In this document: in pieces, positions 44,635-56,690 of the stretch
Layout: the number at the start of each line of letters is the position of its first letter
Position numbering within the stretch: position 1 is the first letter of the stretch
Assembly: GCA_031835245.2 (NCBI GenBank)
Contig: JAVKOQ020000056.1
Location: 124,001 to 188,000, forward strand
Source of the DNA: Balamuthia mandrillaris
Lineage: Eukaryota
Length of the DNA: 64,000 bases
Direction of reading: 5' to 3'
Position numbers and translations under genes: made by a program
Notes under the pieces: model-generated
The model's database searches: none
Told to the model about the DNA's origin: nothing
Seen by the model: the letters and a program-made list of their open reading frames with translations, nothing else

Positions 44635-46133
44635 TTATGAATGCTGTTTTTCAAATCTATCTAATTCTGTATAAATTTGAGCTTTGTAAGCAAAAGATAA
44701 TTTGTGATCTGAGGTTAATGCTAAAGGACCCCAAATAAAAGATGCTTAATGTATGTTTTGTGTTTCCTTTTGTAAAAAATAATGTTGACCTCGTTTTGTA
44801 TACCATGATACAGTAGCTTTACGAGGTGTTGTGGAATGAACAAATGCAAGCCAAAAGTCCTCTGAAGAACCATCTTTTGGACAAATAGCATAAATGTGAT
44901 TGGCTAAAATATGGAAAGGTATGCAAGTAGCACAACCAGATGTTGTGACTTGAGATGAAAATTCGATTGAAGAGGAGGAAGCAGCTGAAGTCAAAGAAGT
45001 GGATGCAGAGAATGAAGGAGTATGTTGTCGATTTAAAGTAGTCATAGGTTGAAACAAAGTAAAACAAGGATTATCCAAAGGGAATGAAGGGTGTTGTAAA
45101 TTATAAATCAATGCTTATTCATGAAGTTTGGAAGAAAGCAAGATAGTGGAAAAAGTAGATTGAGTACCTCGAATGCATTCTTCTTCTACACAAGATTTGG
45201 GTATCAAATGAGGAATATGAGTGGAATATAACAATAGATTTGGAAATCCTTTTACCAATGAAATGGGTTTGCTCCAAGGAGCATAAATGTTGGATTTCAC
45301 TTGTAAAATGGGCCATGTTGGACGGCAGGTCATTGTAGGAGTGGGATAAATAAATTTGAAAAATAGAGGTTGGGAATGACCTTCAAGATTTACCATGAAA
45401 GGATGCAACCAACCTTTGAAATCCCAGACCCATTCCAAAGGATGTAATTCTGGATGAGTTTCATCTGTTAAATAAGAAGAGTTAATGAATGTAAAGAATT
45501 GCTCCAAGGTTTCAATATCAAATTTGAGTAATGCTTTATGAAAGGTGGAAAACATTTGATCCACATCTTCATGAGTATGTCCAGGTGGCAAAAAGAACAG
45601 TTTGATCTTGGAAAACATCTTGAGATGCACCAACCAACATAAAAAGGCCAATAAATACTTGTTTTTGTTTTCTTTGTAGCAGTTGTCAGCTTGAAGGTAG
45701 AAGGTTTAGTTGGGATGGGCTCGAAAGGGTTGTTGTAATGTTTGCATAAGAAAGTAAAATAAATGACTGATTACTAAATTGGCATTTCATGACCACTGAT
45801 CAAAATGATAACACAGATAACAATGATGATGCCCATGATCTATTAGTCCGAAACAAGAGACACCGATAAACTTTTTGATGGTCCAGCCTTTTGGGGGAGT
45901 ATGATGATGGGGAAGAGGAATGGCCTCTGTATAATCCATAATGATGGAAATGTATTTGAAAGGAGAGGCTTTGGCTTTAGCATGATGCTTGTAATACTTC
46001 TCTTTGTGTAAACAAACAAAGTGCAAATGATCACTTCGTTCCTTTTGTAAGCCTTGCAATGCCTCCACACTCTTGCATTGTTTAAAACGAACTAGAAGCT
46101 GAGCACATTGATTACATTTTCCTAATCTGGTTT
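44635..46133 (-). pseudogene. Sola-like (DUF7869-type motif) DDD transposase, main exon, with in-frame stops
   Basis: A single frame reads GKCNQC...DHL...YISIIMD...FYLQADNCYKENKNKY...FLPPGHTHEDVDQMFS...WDFKGWL...FWLAFV...VSWY, with four internal TGA/TAA stops and no frameshift. Confidence 0.8.
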
Positions 46134-46183
46134 AACACAGTACAAACAAAAAGGAGAATCTCCTTTTGGAAATTTGAAAGGGT

Positions 46184-48982
46184 TGTAACGGTGATCACGT
46201 CACCTTGTGTTTATTTGTAAGAGGGGATATGTGTGTAACAGTGTAAGTCTCTCTCTCTGTGTGTGAGCATCGTTGCTCACCTTTATATCTTTCTCTTCTG
46301 TTGAGGGTTCTAAGTGATTCTCTCTTGTTTCTCCATGTCGTCATATTCCGTTGTCAATGGTTGGTCACTGCTTGACTCTGATGCAGCTGACTCTATTCTT
46401 GCAGACTTATGTGACGTGTCTGTCAACACCATCACATGCCCTCCCTTAAGGCATGTGTTCATCCTCGAACACTCTTCAACTGCTAACTCCATGACCAAAT
46501 TCTTAGCTTCCTTGCCTTGCTCGATGGGCTCTGCACTCTTCTTCTCGTCATTCTTGTCACAATTGGGCTCTGCACTTGTTTCTTTCTTCCTTCTGTCGTA
46601 TTGATTGGGCTCCACGCTTATCTTCTCTCCTGGGTTGTTGTCTAATTCCATCCTTATCATCTCACTCTCGTCCGTTCTCGTTTTTCCAGTGTTGTTTTGT
46701 TCGGGATCTTCCGTTGTGATGTCTTGTCTGCTCTTGCCGTCATTTTCCACCTGTTTTCAGTTCTCTGCGTCTTCTGGATACATTAAAATGCAACAAAAAT
46801 CCTCATTCCTCTGCAGTCGTGGTCCATCTTTTCTTTTTCAGCTGCTTTTCTCATCCATGCTTTCTCCTCTCCTCCTTCTCTCTCAAGGTGCTTCTTCCAT
46901 ATTCATCTGTGTTGACCTTCAATCATTCTCTAGTTCACAGTTGTGGGTACTAACATCTCTTTTCTTCCCCTCTCTGCCGTCTAAGAGAGCTCGTCCTCAA
47001 GCTTTCTTTCCTTCAAAGCGTCTCCGACATCAAAACGGCCTCCTACCTAAGCCAACAAAGCTCCAAGGAATCCGCCCAGAGTAGAACTTGTATGGATTCG
47101 TATACAGCTTCTTCATGTTTCTCTTGAGTTGTTGTCGATTACTCCACAACGTCAGTCATCTCCCAACACGCCGGAAAGGCGGACCACTGGCTCCGCACCA
47201 GTGTATTGCTGGGCACCTGTGTCCCTCACTTGGCTGCTCTGCAGCTGTGCGTACAACTGGTCCAGGTGTGGCAAGTCCTTTCTCATCGTCCTATCCCACG
47301 TCGAAACTAACACGTAGGGACTCAGCAATGTCACTTTTTCGCATCGCTATACTGCTTGACTCAGTCTCATCTAGGTCGCTGGTGGCATTATCACCATTCC
47401 GGTCCTCCATGTCATCGCGGTCAATAGTTATGTCCTCGTTGATTGACTCCTCTCTGCTGGCATTCCTTAGCAGGGGTGGCGACCCTGAAGGTTGCTGCAT
47501 TAGCGGCTGTGGCTCCTCTAATGGCTGCGACTCCTCTTGTTGCTGCTGCTCATCACCAGTAGGCTGCGGTAGTAGCGCTGTCAACTCCTGCCTTAACTGA
47601 CGGGTGGCCTGCATCAGGGCTTGCATTTCCGCAAAGAGTTCCTTGAAGTCTGCGTAGCTGCTATGTTGCACCGGCAGCTTCTTCTCTGGCTGCAGGGTCC
47701 ATTCCCACGTTGGTTGCAGGGGGAATGGTGCAGAGGAATGTCCTTTCGAAGAATGTGGTGTAGAACGCTGTAGTGGCTTCCTGCATGATGGCTGCTGTTG
47801 CGGGACAAGCTGCGATGATGAGTGCCGTGGTGGCGCTGTTTGCTCAAGGCCGAACTGTTGGGGACAGCGCTTCGGCAGGGCTTGCCTCTGCAGGGTAGTC
47901 TCCTCGGGGTAATACTCTAGCAAAGAGGGCTGTGATGAGGCAGTCCGTCATGTATCATGCTGTGGCCTTGAACACCGAGAATGGCTCTTGGTCGACAACT
48001 GAGGCAGATGGTGACTCTGCTCCAATGCGATTGGTTTGTATGCTGAGCGAGGTTCTCATGAAGGGCCTGCAAGCACAGTAGTGTGGTAGTCATCCTTGGA
48101 GAGGTAGTTTAGGGGATAGTCGCTATAAGCGTCCTCACAGCGGCATCTCCTAAGCTCGTAGCCCGGTGCGTCATCGCTGTAAGCGTCCTCACAGCAGCGG
48201 CGTTCATAACCGTTGTCTGGGACACCGTTGTTGTAAGCGTCTCCACAGTGGTGGCATCCCTACCCTTCAAACCAGCACTCATCCTCGAGGGCCTCCTCTG
48301 GCGTGGGCTGCTGAGGCACATCGTAGAGGGCCACATTGCAAGCGCTTCTGCGTTCCCTTCATAGCTTCTGCTTCCTTGGCTGCACGGCTGAGACTGGCGA
48401 TGCATCCGAGGAGTGGTAGCTACAGCGTCCATTGAAGTCGTAGATGTCATACATGATAGCAAAAAAAATATCAAACAAAATGGGTTATGATGATAAAGCC
48501 AAAACCACTCGAATCAAATCAAAGGCTAGCCGGTGAGGCGTAGCTGTACAAAATCAAATCAAAAATCAAACGGCCACATCACACAAGACTGAATCCCAAA
48601 CAAAAAAAAACACCACACAATCTGCTAAGCCACTTGCACAGACGAAGCAGGGCGAACGGAAGATTGGAAAACAACACTCTGATGGTTCAGTCACCCAAGT
48701 ATTAGGATGACTACTCCGATGTCGCCACTTGTAACGGTGATCGCGTCACCTTGTGCTTATTTGTAAGAGGGGATATGTGTGTAACAGTGTAAGTCTCTCT
48801 CTCTGTGTGTGAGCATCGTTGCTCACCTTTATATCTTTCTCTTCTGTTGAGGGTTCTAAGTGATTCTCTCTTGTTTCTCCATGTCGTCATATTCCGTTGT
48901 CGATGGTTGGTCACTGCTTGACTCCGATGCAGCTGACTCTATTCTTGTAGACTTATGTGACGTGTTTGTTGACACCATCACA
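46184..48982 (-). mobile_element. Non-autonomous LTR retroelement (no recognisable pol)
   Basis: 253-bp TG...CA direct repeats at 46184-46436 and 48730-48982, TSD GGGT. On the minus strand, a PBS-like TGGCGACATCGG follows the 5' LTR and a polypurine AAGGGAGGG precedes the 3' LTR. Confidence 0.92.
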
Positions 48983-49239
48983 GGGTAAAAAATATTTTTT
49001 TAAATCATTTTCCAAAATCAAAAATAATTTTTTTTCTGAAATTTATTATTTTATGAAAATTAAAAATAATTTTTTATATCAAAAATAATGTTTTTTTATT
49101 ATATAACAAAAAAATAATATTTTTTTCACTTTTGTCAAAAAAAAATTAATTATCACTGTGTGGATACATCTCTATATAAAAGATGTAACTTCTCATTTGA
49201 GAATAAAAGTATAATTTTTTCTAATCAAAAAATATCAAA

Positions 49240-52200
49240 AAATTACACTTCAACTCTCTCATATAGCGCGCTCCTTGGCTTACTGCTAAGGTCACTTCGC
49301 TATTTGTTGTGTTTTTGGTGCTTGTTTCAAGCCCTTCCTTACTCAGAACTTATCTGAGACACGTGTGCTGTGGACTCAGCTACTCCAGTGGCAAAGAAGA
49401 GGATAAAAAACGTTTCGATGACTTATGCCATCAGAAGAGCAAACTGATGGAGATGATCAATTAACTGACCGCGATTTGCAAAGAAGAAAACGAGCCACTG
49501 TTCCAACTGCACTCGAATCTGCCTTTGCAACTTCCGGTTAACACTCTGTCAACTCCTTATGTTTCTCCCAAGGGTGTTACCTCTGCAGGTGCTGCTGTGC
49601 CAAAGGTGGTGAAACCTCTGCCTGCTGTGTTCTCCTCCAAGCATTTCTCGCTTTGCTCTGCCACGGAAACTTCTGAGGCTGGCTCCTTGTCTGAGAGTGG
49701 TTACGCTGAACCCTCAGCACTGGGCCATCCAGAACCTTCATCACCCGAAATGGCCTTGGGATAGGCTCATAGCCACCTTCCACGACCACTTTGGCAGCAG
49801 AAACCTGCAGAACGTGCTGCATACAGAGTTCTGTCACTTCTCCTTCAAAACCAGAGAGTAGTGGCAGTGTGCACGCAGCGAGCAGCAGGAGCCATGTGGG
49901 ATATGTTGGGACAAGTGAAGGTCAATGTGTTGGGATCGAACAAGTAGAGATCATTCAAGAATTCTCAGAGCATCGCCTTGGAACACGAATCCGCCTTGGA
50001 AGCCCAAAGCAAGAGAAAGCCCTCGAGACTTTTCCCTCCGAGCAGCTTGAACCACAACAAGGGGACCAAGAACAGCAAACCTTGGTACTCTTTTCACTGT
50101 ACGCACAGTCATTCGGACAAGGACTGCCGAGTCCTCTCCAAGAAAAAGAGTGATGGATCCTCCTCCTCTTCCTCTTCTTCTACACCTGCTACCTCTTCTG
50201 GTGCTCCTCAAAGACCAGCTGGCGTCTGCTACAAGTGCGGTAAGGCGGGACATATGGCAAATCATTGTCCTACTCATGGCACTTCTGCTAAGCCTCCAGC
50301 TTCTTTGCTTAACAGCATGCAGTCCCCTGTGACTGGTGTTTCTCTGGCTCCTCCTTCTGGCAGTGCAGCCTTCCCTTCTCCTTTTCCGGCTACTCCTTCT
50401 TTAAACAACATAGAAGAGAATCCCTTTCAGGAGTTTGAGCAAGCTGCAGCAGAGCTGTTCATGCTTGGTCTTGACGATCATGAAGCTCCTGCCTTCGATA
50501 ACCCCTCTCCTGCTCCTGTTGCTGCTCCTATTATGGTTCCGGCAACCTTGAACAAGCAAAGAGTTAGCAGGGTGAACACCAGCACCTCCTCTTCCTTTGT
50601 GGATCCTTCCCTTGTGGAACAGTTTCACCTCAAAACGACCCACACTCAACAGGATGTGGTTCTGGGAGATGATTCCTCTGCCTCTGTGTCTGCCGTTGCC
50701 TCCCACATTCGTGTGGCGTGTGGTACTCGGAAGTTCTTCCACAACTTCCTCATTCTCAAGCTCTCTGGTTCTACTCAAGTGATCTTTGGCCAAGACATCC
50801 TTGATAGGATAGGCATTGGTCTGTTTGGAATTCCGGTCCGCTTCCCTGGCCCTAAGCCTTCAGCACCAGACAATAAGAACATTGCTTCTTCTGATAAGTA
50901 CGTAGAGTCTCCTTTGCCTCCAGAACTTCAAAAGGCCATTGTAGACCGCATCAAGGACCTTCTTGAAGAGAACAGCGTATTCCTCAAGGTCCTTCCTGTC
51001 CGCTTCCAGAAGGGACAATCCGTTTGGATACCAGAGATCACCCTCTGATATTCAAACATCAGTATCCTATACCAGAAGTCTGGCATTCCTCCATCAATGA
51101 GCAGCTCGAAGAGTGGTACCGCCACAAGGTTATTGTGGATGCTCCCATGGACTCGCCATGGAATTCGACCATTCTTTGCGTCCCTAAGAAGGATGCTAAT
51201 GGCAATTGGACTTCAGCCTGTACCTGCATTGATCCATGAGCTATCAACTCTATCATTGTGGATATCCACTTCCATATTCCTAGTATCCTTGCTGTCATAG
51301 AGTACATCCTTGGCTTCCATATCACCAGCTCACTAGATTTAGTGTGGAGCTTCATGCAGCTTCTAATCTTTGTGCCTCACCAGATCAAGCTCACCTTCAC
51401 CTGGTGAGGGCGCTGCTACTGCTTTCGTGGAGCTCCCTTTGGGGTGAAGATCGTTCCGGCCACTATGCAGCGTCTCCTTGCCCCTGTGCTTAAGGACCTC
51501 GCTGACTGCACCGCACACTATATTGATGATTGCCTCAACCAAGCGAAGCTTTCCAATGTGCTCATCAATAGAGGCAGAGCGGGAAAAGATGTGCGACCCT
51601 TTTGGAACAAGAACTGCGATGAAGCTATCAGTGCCCTTCACCGTATCCTCAGCTCTCCTCTGGTTCTGAGCAAGCCGGACCCCAGTCTTCCGTTCCTTGT
51701 TGGTACCGATGCTTCCCAATATGGCGTTGGTGCTGTGCTCTATCAAGAGTCTGCTGATGGTATTCGCCGTTATCTTGCCTTTGCTAGCCGTGTCCTCAAC
51801 TCTGCTCAACGCAACTATCCTGCCACGAAATGTGAGCTTCTTGCTGTGGTCTTTGCCCTCCACCAGTTCCGCTGTTGGCTGTGGGGTCGCCGCTTTACCT
51901 TGTTCACAGACCACAAGGCCTTGTCGTATCTCTTTACGGCCAAGCATTCTTCTTTCATGCTTAATCATTGGGCTTTCTTGCTGCTCCAGTTTGACTTCAA
52001 CATCATCCACCAGCCTGGTGTTCAGATGGTCTTGGAAGATGCGCTTTCCCACCTCTACCAGCCCAACTTTTGGGAGGAAGATGGTCTGGCTCCACCAGTA
52101 GTTCCAAACGAAGTCAAAACCTTGGCTCTGGTAAAGAGGCAACGCAACATTCCAAGAGTTCCTTCCTTGTCCATGCTTGACGTCTCTCAGCACCCTCCAG

Positions 52201-53863
52201 TTGCTCCGTCAAGAGAACTCATCTGTTACATCAAGCTGTTTTTGGACAAAAAGGCCCCTTCTTTCATGGAAGAACAACAGGAGTTACTCTCCCGCCTCCA
52301 TCTCGCTGGCCATGAAGGTGCTGCCAATCTCTTCAACAAGGTCTGGAACGAAGGTTTCTTCTGGCCTTCCCTTCAGGCTGATTGCTTCGCTACTACCCAT
52401 TCGTGTGATGCCTGCCTTTGTTTCAACATTGCCAGGCATGGTTTTCATCCTCTGAAAACCATCTCCACCACTTTTCCCTTCAAACACATTGCCTTGGACC
52501 TGTTTGGCCTGCTCGCCACCGATGAATCTGGTTTCTGTTATGTTTTGGTGGTCACCAACATTGCCACCAGGTTTACCCTTCTCCGCCCTTTGGTTAACAG
52601 GACAGTGGCTGCTACCACCAGTGCCTTCTATGGGGTCATATGCAATTTTGGCTTTCCCAAGATTGTACAGTCAGACAACGGCTCTGAGTTTGTCAATGAG
52701 ACCATGGCTACTATCAAGGCTATCTCTGGCTTCGACCACAGATTTATTGCTGCCTATCACCCGCGAGCCAATGGTGCTGCTGAGGCCCATGTCAAGCTTG
52801 CCAAGTCCGCCCTAATGAAGCTGGTCTCTTCCGATTGGAGTCACTGGTCCACCTTCCTTCCAGCTGCCCAATTTGCGATCAATCAAAGGCTGACCTCCAG
52901 GCATAAATTGACTCCCTTTAAGCTCTTTCTTGGACGCCCTGTCAACCTTCCGAGTGATTTTTCCAACGTGGAATCCAATCCCCTTCCTGAGGCTGACCGC
53001 CTTGCACAAATTGCCAAGTTGCATTCTGTTGTCTGGCCTGCTGCTTTTGATGCTACTGACCTCTACAACCAGATTGTGTCTGTGACGCATGACTCTTCTG
53101 TTTCCTTATTTGAATTCAAGCCAGGTGACACTGTTATGCTTCGTCATTCTGCTGCCACCTCCAAGATGGATCCGAAGTATCTCGGCCCCTTCTCTGTCAA
53201 ACGCAGAACCAAGAGTGGTGCATATATACTAGTGGATGTTACTGGCAACGAGTTGAAAGATCGTATTCCTCCTTCTCTTCTTAAGCTAGTTCCCCCTCTC
53301 CCTTCTGGTTCCTTGATACTCCTATCCTCTACTCCAGTTCTTCCTGATAAGACCGATTTGGAATCTCAAGCCGACCCTGATGCTTCTGATGATGTTAATT
53401 CCAAGTCTGATGATGATAACAATGATGATTACTCCAAGTCCTACGAAGTTAGCAAGGTGCTAGACCACTGTGGACCTGCCAACCGCCGAGAATACAAGGT
53501 CAGATGGAAAGGCTACTCTCCTAAGTACGACCTCTGGATTCCAGTCAAGAACTTTGATGATCTTCGACCTGTCAATACCTACTGGAAGAAGCTTTGTTTG
53601 AAAAGGGGGTGATGTTGGAAAACTCCAACATAATAGCCCTTCTTCTCTTCCTGTCGACCTCTCCCTCATGCCTGTCAACCTGAGGAAACCTCTTGGTGTC
53701 CAACTTCTCCTTTCTTGAACTTCTCCTTTCTTGTTGTTTTCTGTCTCTGCCCTTTTATGCTGATATTCTCTGTTCTTCTTTTTTGGATAATTGTTCTAGC
53801 TTAAATACTGCCTCTCCTTGCTTCTTCTTCTTCTTCTTTTTCCTCTCAGGACAACTTACAACA
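49240..53863 (+). mobile_element. Ty3/Gypsy chromodomain-bearing LTR retrotransposon, degenerate, 5' LTR not seen
   Basis: Gag knuckle CYKCGKAGHMANHC, eroded protease, RT (SPWNS, HYIDD, partly deleted), RNase H (TDASQYGVGAVL), integrase (H..H..C..C, SDNGSEF, NGAAE), chromodomain YEVSKVLDH...YKVRWKGY. PPT AAAAGGGGG, then putative LTR TGTT...AACA ~53614-53863. Confidence 0.92.
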
Positions 53864-54274
53864 AAACACAAGATACTTTACTATCACTTGTACTCTTCAC
53901 TTTTAGTAAATTAAGTTCAAGTCTCATACTTACTTTATCTCCACCATCATTCCTGTTCTTATTTTTTATGACAATTTATCCATCAAATTATTGTACTTAT
54001 TTATTGTAATATATGTAATGAGCTGCGCCATACAGCGCAGCTCTGTTTGTTTTTTCAATATTTTATTTTTTTTCCAAAAAATTTATTTTTGTTTATTAAA
54101 CAAGAAAATCAAAAATATATGATAAAATTGGTGAAGAAACTATTCAATGATACCAATTTGATAACTAAAGGAAAAGAACTTTATTTGAGTGAAGAAAAGA
54201 GAGAAGAGAGAATGGGAAAGGTATATGGAAGAGTGGTATAACAAATAAATTATTTCAATATCAAAAAGTGTTTA

Positions 54275-54808
54275 GTAATAAAAGTTTATTTGCTCTGAGA
54301 GCAACACCAATCTATACATAAAAAGTAAGCCTTGTACATACATAGTGTACTCTTACTTTTCTTACTCCCTCATCCTCAATGCCTTCCCAATTGTTACTCA
54401 ATTCACAAGTGAAAGGTGTTGAATGAGATTTCAGACCAACTTTGTATCATCTAGCTATCCTTTTCTTTCCCTTTCCTTTCTTCTCTTTTCCTTGCTTACA
54501 TTACTTCCAAAGACTGATAAAATGCAGAAGAACTTCCATGCTTCCAACTTGCTCTTGCTGCCCATAATCTCCAGACTCGTTTACAACTTTGCTTACATTG
54601 TTCCATCTCTTGAGCTCTGTTACATTTCTTTCCACTTGACAGGAGCTTTGTTGTACAGTCTTCTATAATCAGCTTTCTGACTTGTTCTTCACTTCCATTG
54701 TCCACACTCCAGATTCTAAAGCGATCTTCCCAAAGGTTAGGACACCTTAACAGGAAGTGTTCTGCTGTTTCTTCCTCAGCATCACAAGCAGGGCACTTGC
54801 TATCCTCC
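54275..54808 (-). mobile_element. 5'-truncated LINE insertion with 14-bp TSD
   Basis: TCAAAAAGTGTTTA at 54261-54274 and 54809-54822. Encodes KCPACDAEEETAEHFLLRCP...VWRLWAAR and carries the shared 3' tail. Confidence 0.88.
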
Positions 54809-55317
54809 TCAAAAAGTGTTTATATTCATAATTTATTTTCAATATAAATATTTAAAAAAATAAAAGAATATATTGTAAATATAGTTATTTTTGTGTTTAT
54901 TATTTTTTTTTTGAAGGAAAAAATAATTTTGGAAATAAGAAAACCTTTTTTTTATTCTTTTTATAAAATGAAAAATAATATTTTTGTGATAGAAAAATAA
55001 TTTTTTTAAGGCCCCAAAAATAATTTTTTTTGCCATATAATCCAAGTGTGAAGCAAAAGGAGATTCTCCTTTTTGTTTGTACTGTGTTGTTTGCTAATAC
55101 AGAAAGCTTGTATAAGAGGGTATTGGCTGTGCTGTATGACCCAAGATCTGCCCTTCACAATGAAGGTTGCTAAATTCTTTGTTGAAAGGAAAGGGCACTT
55201 TTGCATCGTATGACGCACTCAACACTCTTGCTTGCTAGAAAAATTTGAAAAAATTTGCTTTTCATTGGATAGGAAGGATAGCCAATGCCTTTTATACAAT
55301 AGTAGAGAGAGCTGAAG

Positions 55318-56208
55318 AGGACTGATTTGCACTGCACAGCCTAGCCAATGCCAGCCATACAAAAGAAAAGAGAGCAGAAAAGGGCTAATCTGTGCTGTAT
55401 GGTGCAGCTCATGCCTGCCATACAAAAGAAAAAATTGTGGAAAAAGGCTGATCTGCACCGTACAGTGCAGCCCATGCCCCTCATACAAAAGAAAAGAGAG
55501 TGGGAAAGGGCTGATTTGCACCATATAGTGCAGCCAATGCCTGTGAAACAAAAGAAAAAATTGAGGAAAAGGGCTGATCTGCACTGTACAGCACAGCTCA
55601 TGCCTGCCATACAAAAGAAAAAATTGTGAAAAAAGGCTGATCTGCGCCATATGGCGCAGCCTATTCCTGCCATACAAAAGAAAAAATTGTGGAAAAAGGC
55701 TAATCTGCACCATATGGCGCAGCCCATGCTTGTCATACAAAAGAAAAGAGAGCGGAAAAGGGCTGATCTGCGCCGTATGGTGCAGCCCATGCCTGTCATA
55801 TAAAAGAAAAGAGAGCAGAAAAGGGCTGATCTGTGCTGCACAGTGTAGCCAATGCTAGCCATACAAAAGAAAAGAGAGCAGAAAAGGGCTGATCTGCGCC
55901 ATACAGCACAGCCCATTCCTGCCATACAAAAGAAAAGAGAGCAGAAAAAGGCTGATCTGCGCCATACGGTGCAGCTCATGCCTGCCATACAAAAGAAAAG
56001 AGAGCAGAAGAGGGCTGATCTGCACTGCACAGCGTAGCCAATGCCAGCCATACAAAAGAAAAGAGAGCAGAAAAGGGCTGATTTGTGCCATACGGTGCAG
56101 CTCATGCCTGCCATACAAAAGGGTTGATCTGCACTGTACAGTTGATGCCAGCCATACAAAAGAAAAGAGAGTGAGAAAGGGCTGATCTGCGCCGTACAGT
56201 GCAGCCAA
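55318..56208. repeat. Tandem array of ~15 units, 63-bp period, each with an 18-bp palindrome and an A-rich tract
   Basis: Unit consensus GGGCTGATCTGCGCCGTACGGCGCAGCCCATGCCTGCCATACAAAAGAAAAGAGAGCAGAAAA. Unit starts at 55384, 55447, 55510, 55573 ... 56077. Confidence 0.93.
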
Positions 56209-56690
56209 CGCACTAGTCTCAAAATTTGAATGCAAGCAAAAAAACAAAAGAAAAAGGGATAATGGCATAGCAATGCTGGTCTCTCTTTCAAACAAAATGC
56301 AGGTTGAACAGATTTGACAACTGAGAACAATACAAACCGTTATGCCTCACAGTCCTTTCACAAGTTGAACTCAAAAGAAAGAATTATGAGGTTGGATGTA
56401 AGAAAGCACATTCAAGCCCCTTTATTATGGGAACAAAAAGCTTTCAAATTTCCTTTAACTTGCTGTCACTTCTTCCAGCACCATATCAGCAATGCTCTCT
56501 GTCATTGGTTGTCCTCCACAAAGTCTGCAGCAAATCACAGCGATTTGACTACCAATTAAACGAAATTCAAAAGAAAAAAAAGAGGGCCAAAAGCAAAACA
56601 AACTCCCAAAATTTTAGTTTGTCACAAAAGTGCACAACCATTCACACTGTTCACACATATTCCTTGCTTTTTATTTTTGCTGTTGTGGTT

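Larger units (their letters stand above)
46134..55088 (+). mobile_element. Non-autonomous derivative of the same DNA transposon family, with nested inserts
   Basis: Perfect 35-bp inverted repeats at 46134-46168 and 55054-55088, flanked by 4-bp TSD GTTT (46130-46133 and 55089-55092). Its own sequence is AT-rich and non-coding. Confidence 0.9.

Noticed and set aside
46134..46145. Transib/RAG RSS-like CACAGT terminus
   Set aside because: The TSD places the terminus at AACAC, the TSD is 4 bp rather than 5, and the transposase motifs are not Transib-like.
55219..56330. Long ORFs (329 aa, 173 aa) across the 63-bp array
   Set aside because: A period divisible by 3 keeps several frames open. The peptides are Cys/Phe repeats with no protein-like signal. 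Treated as non-coding, though not proven.
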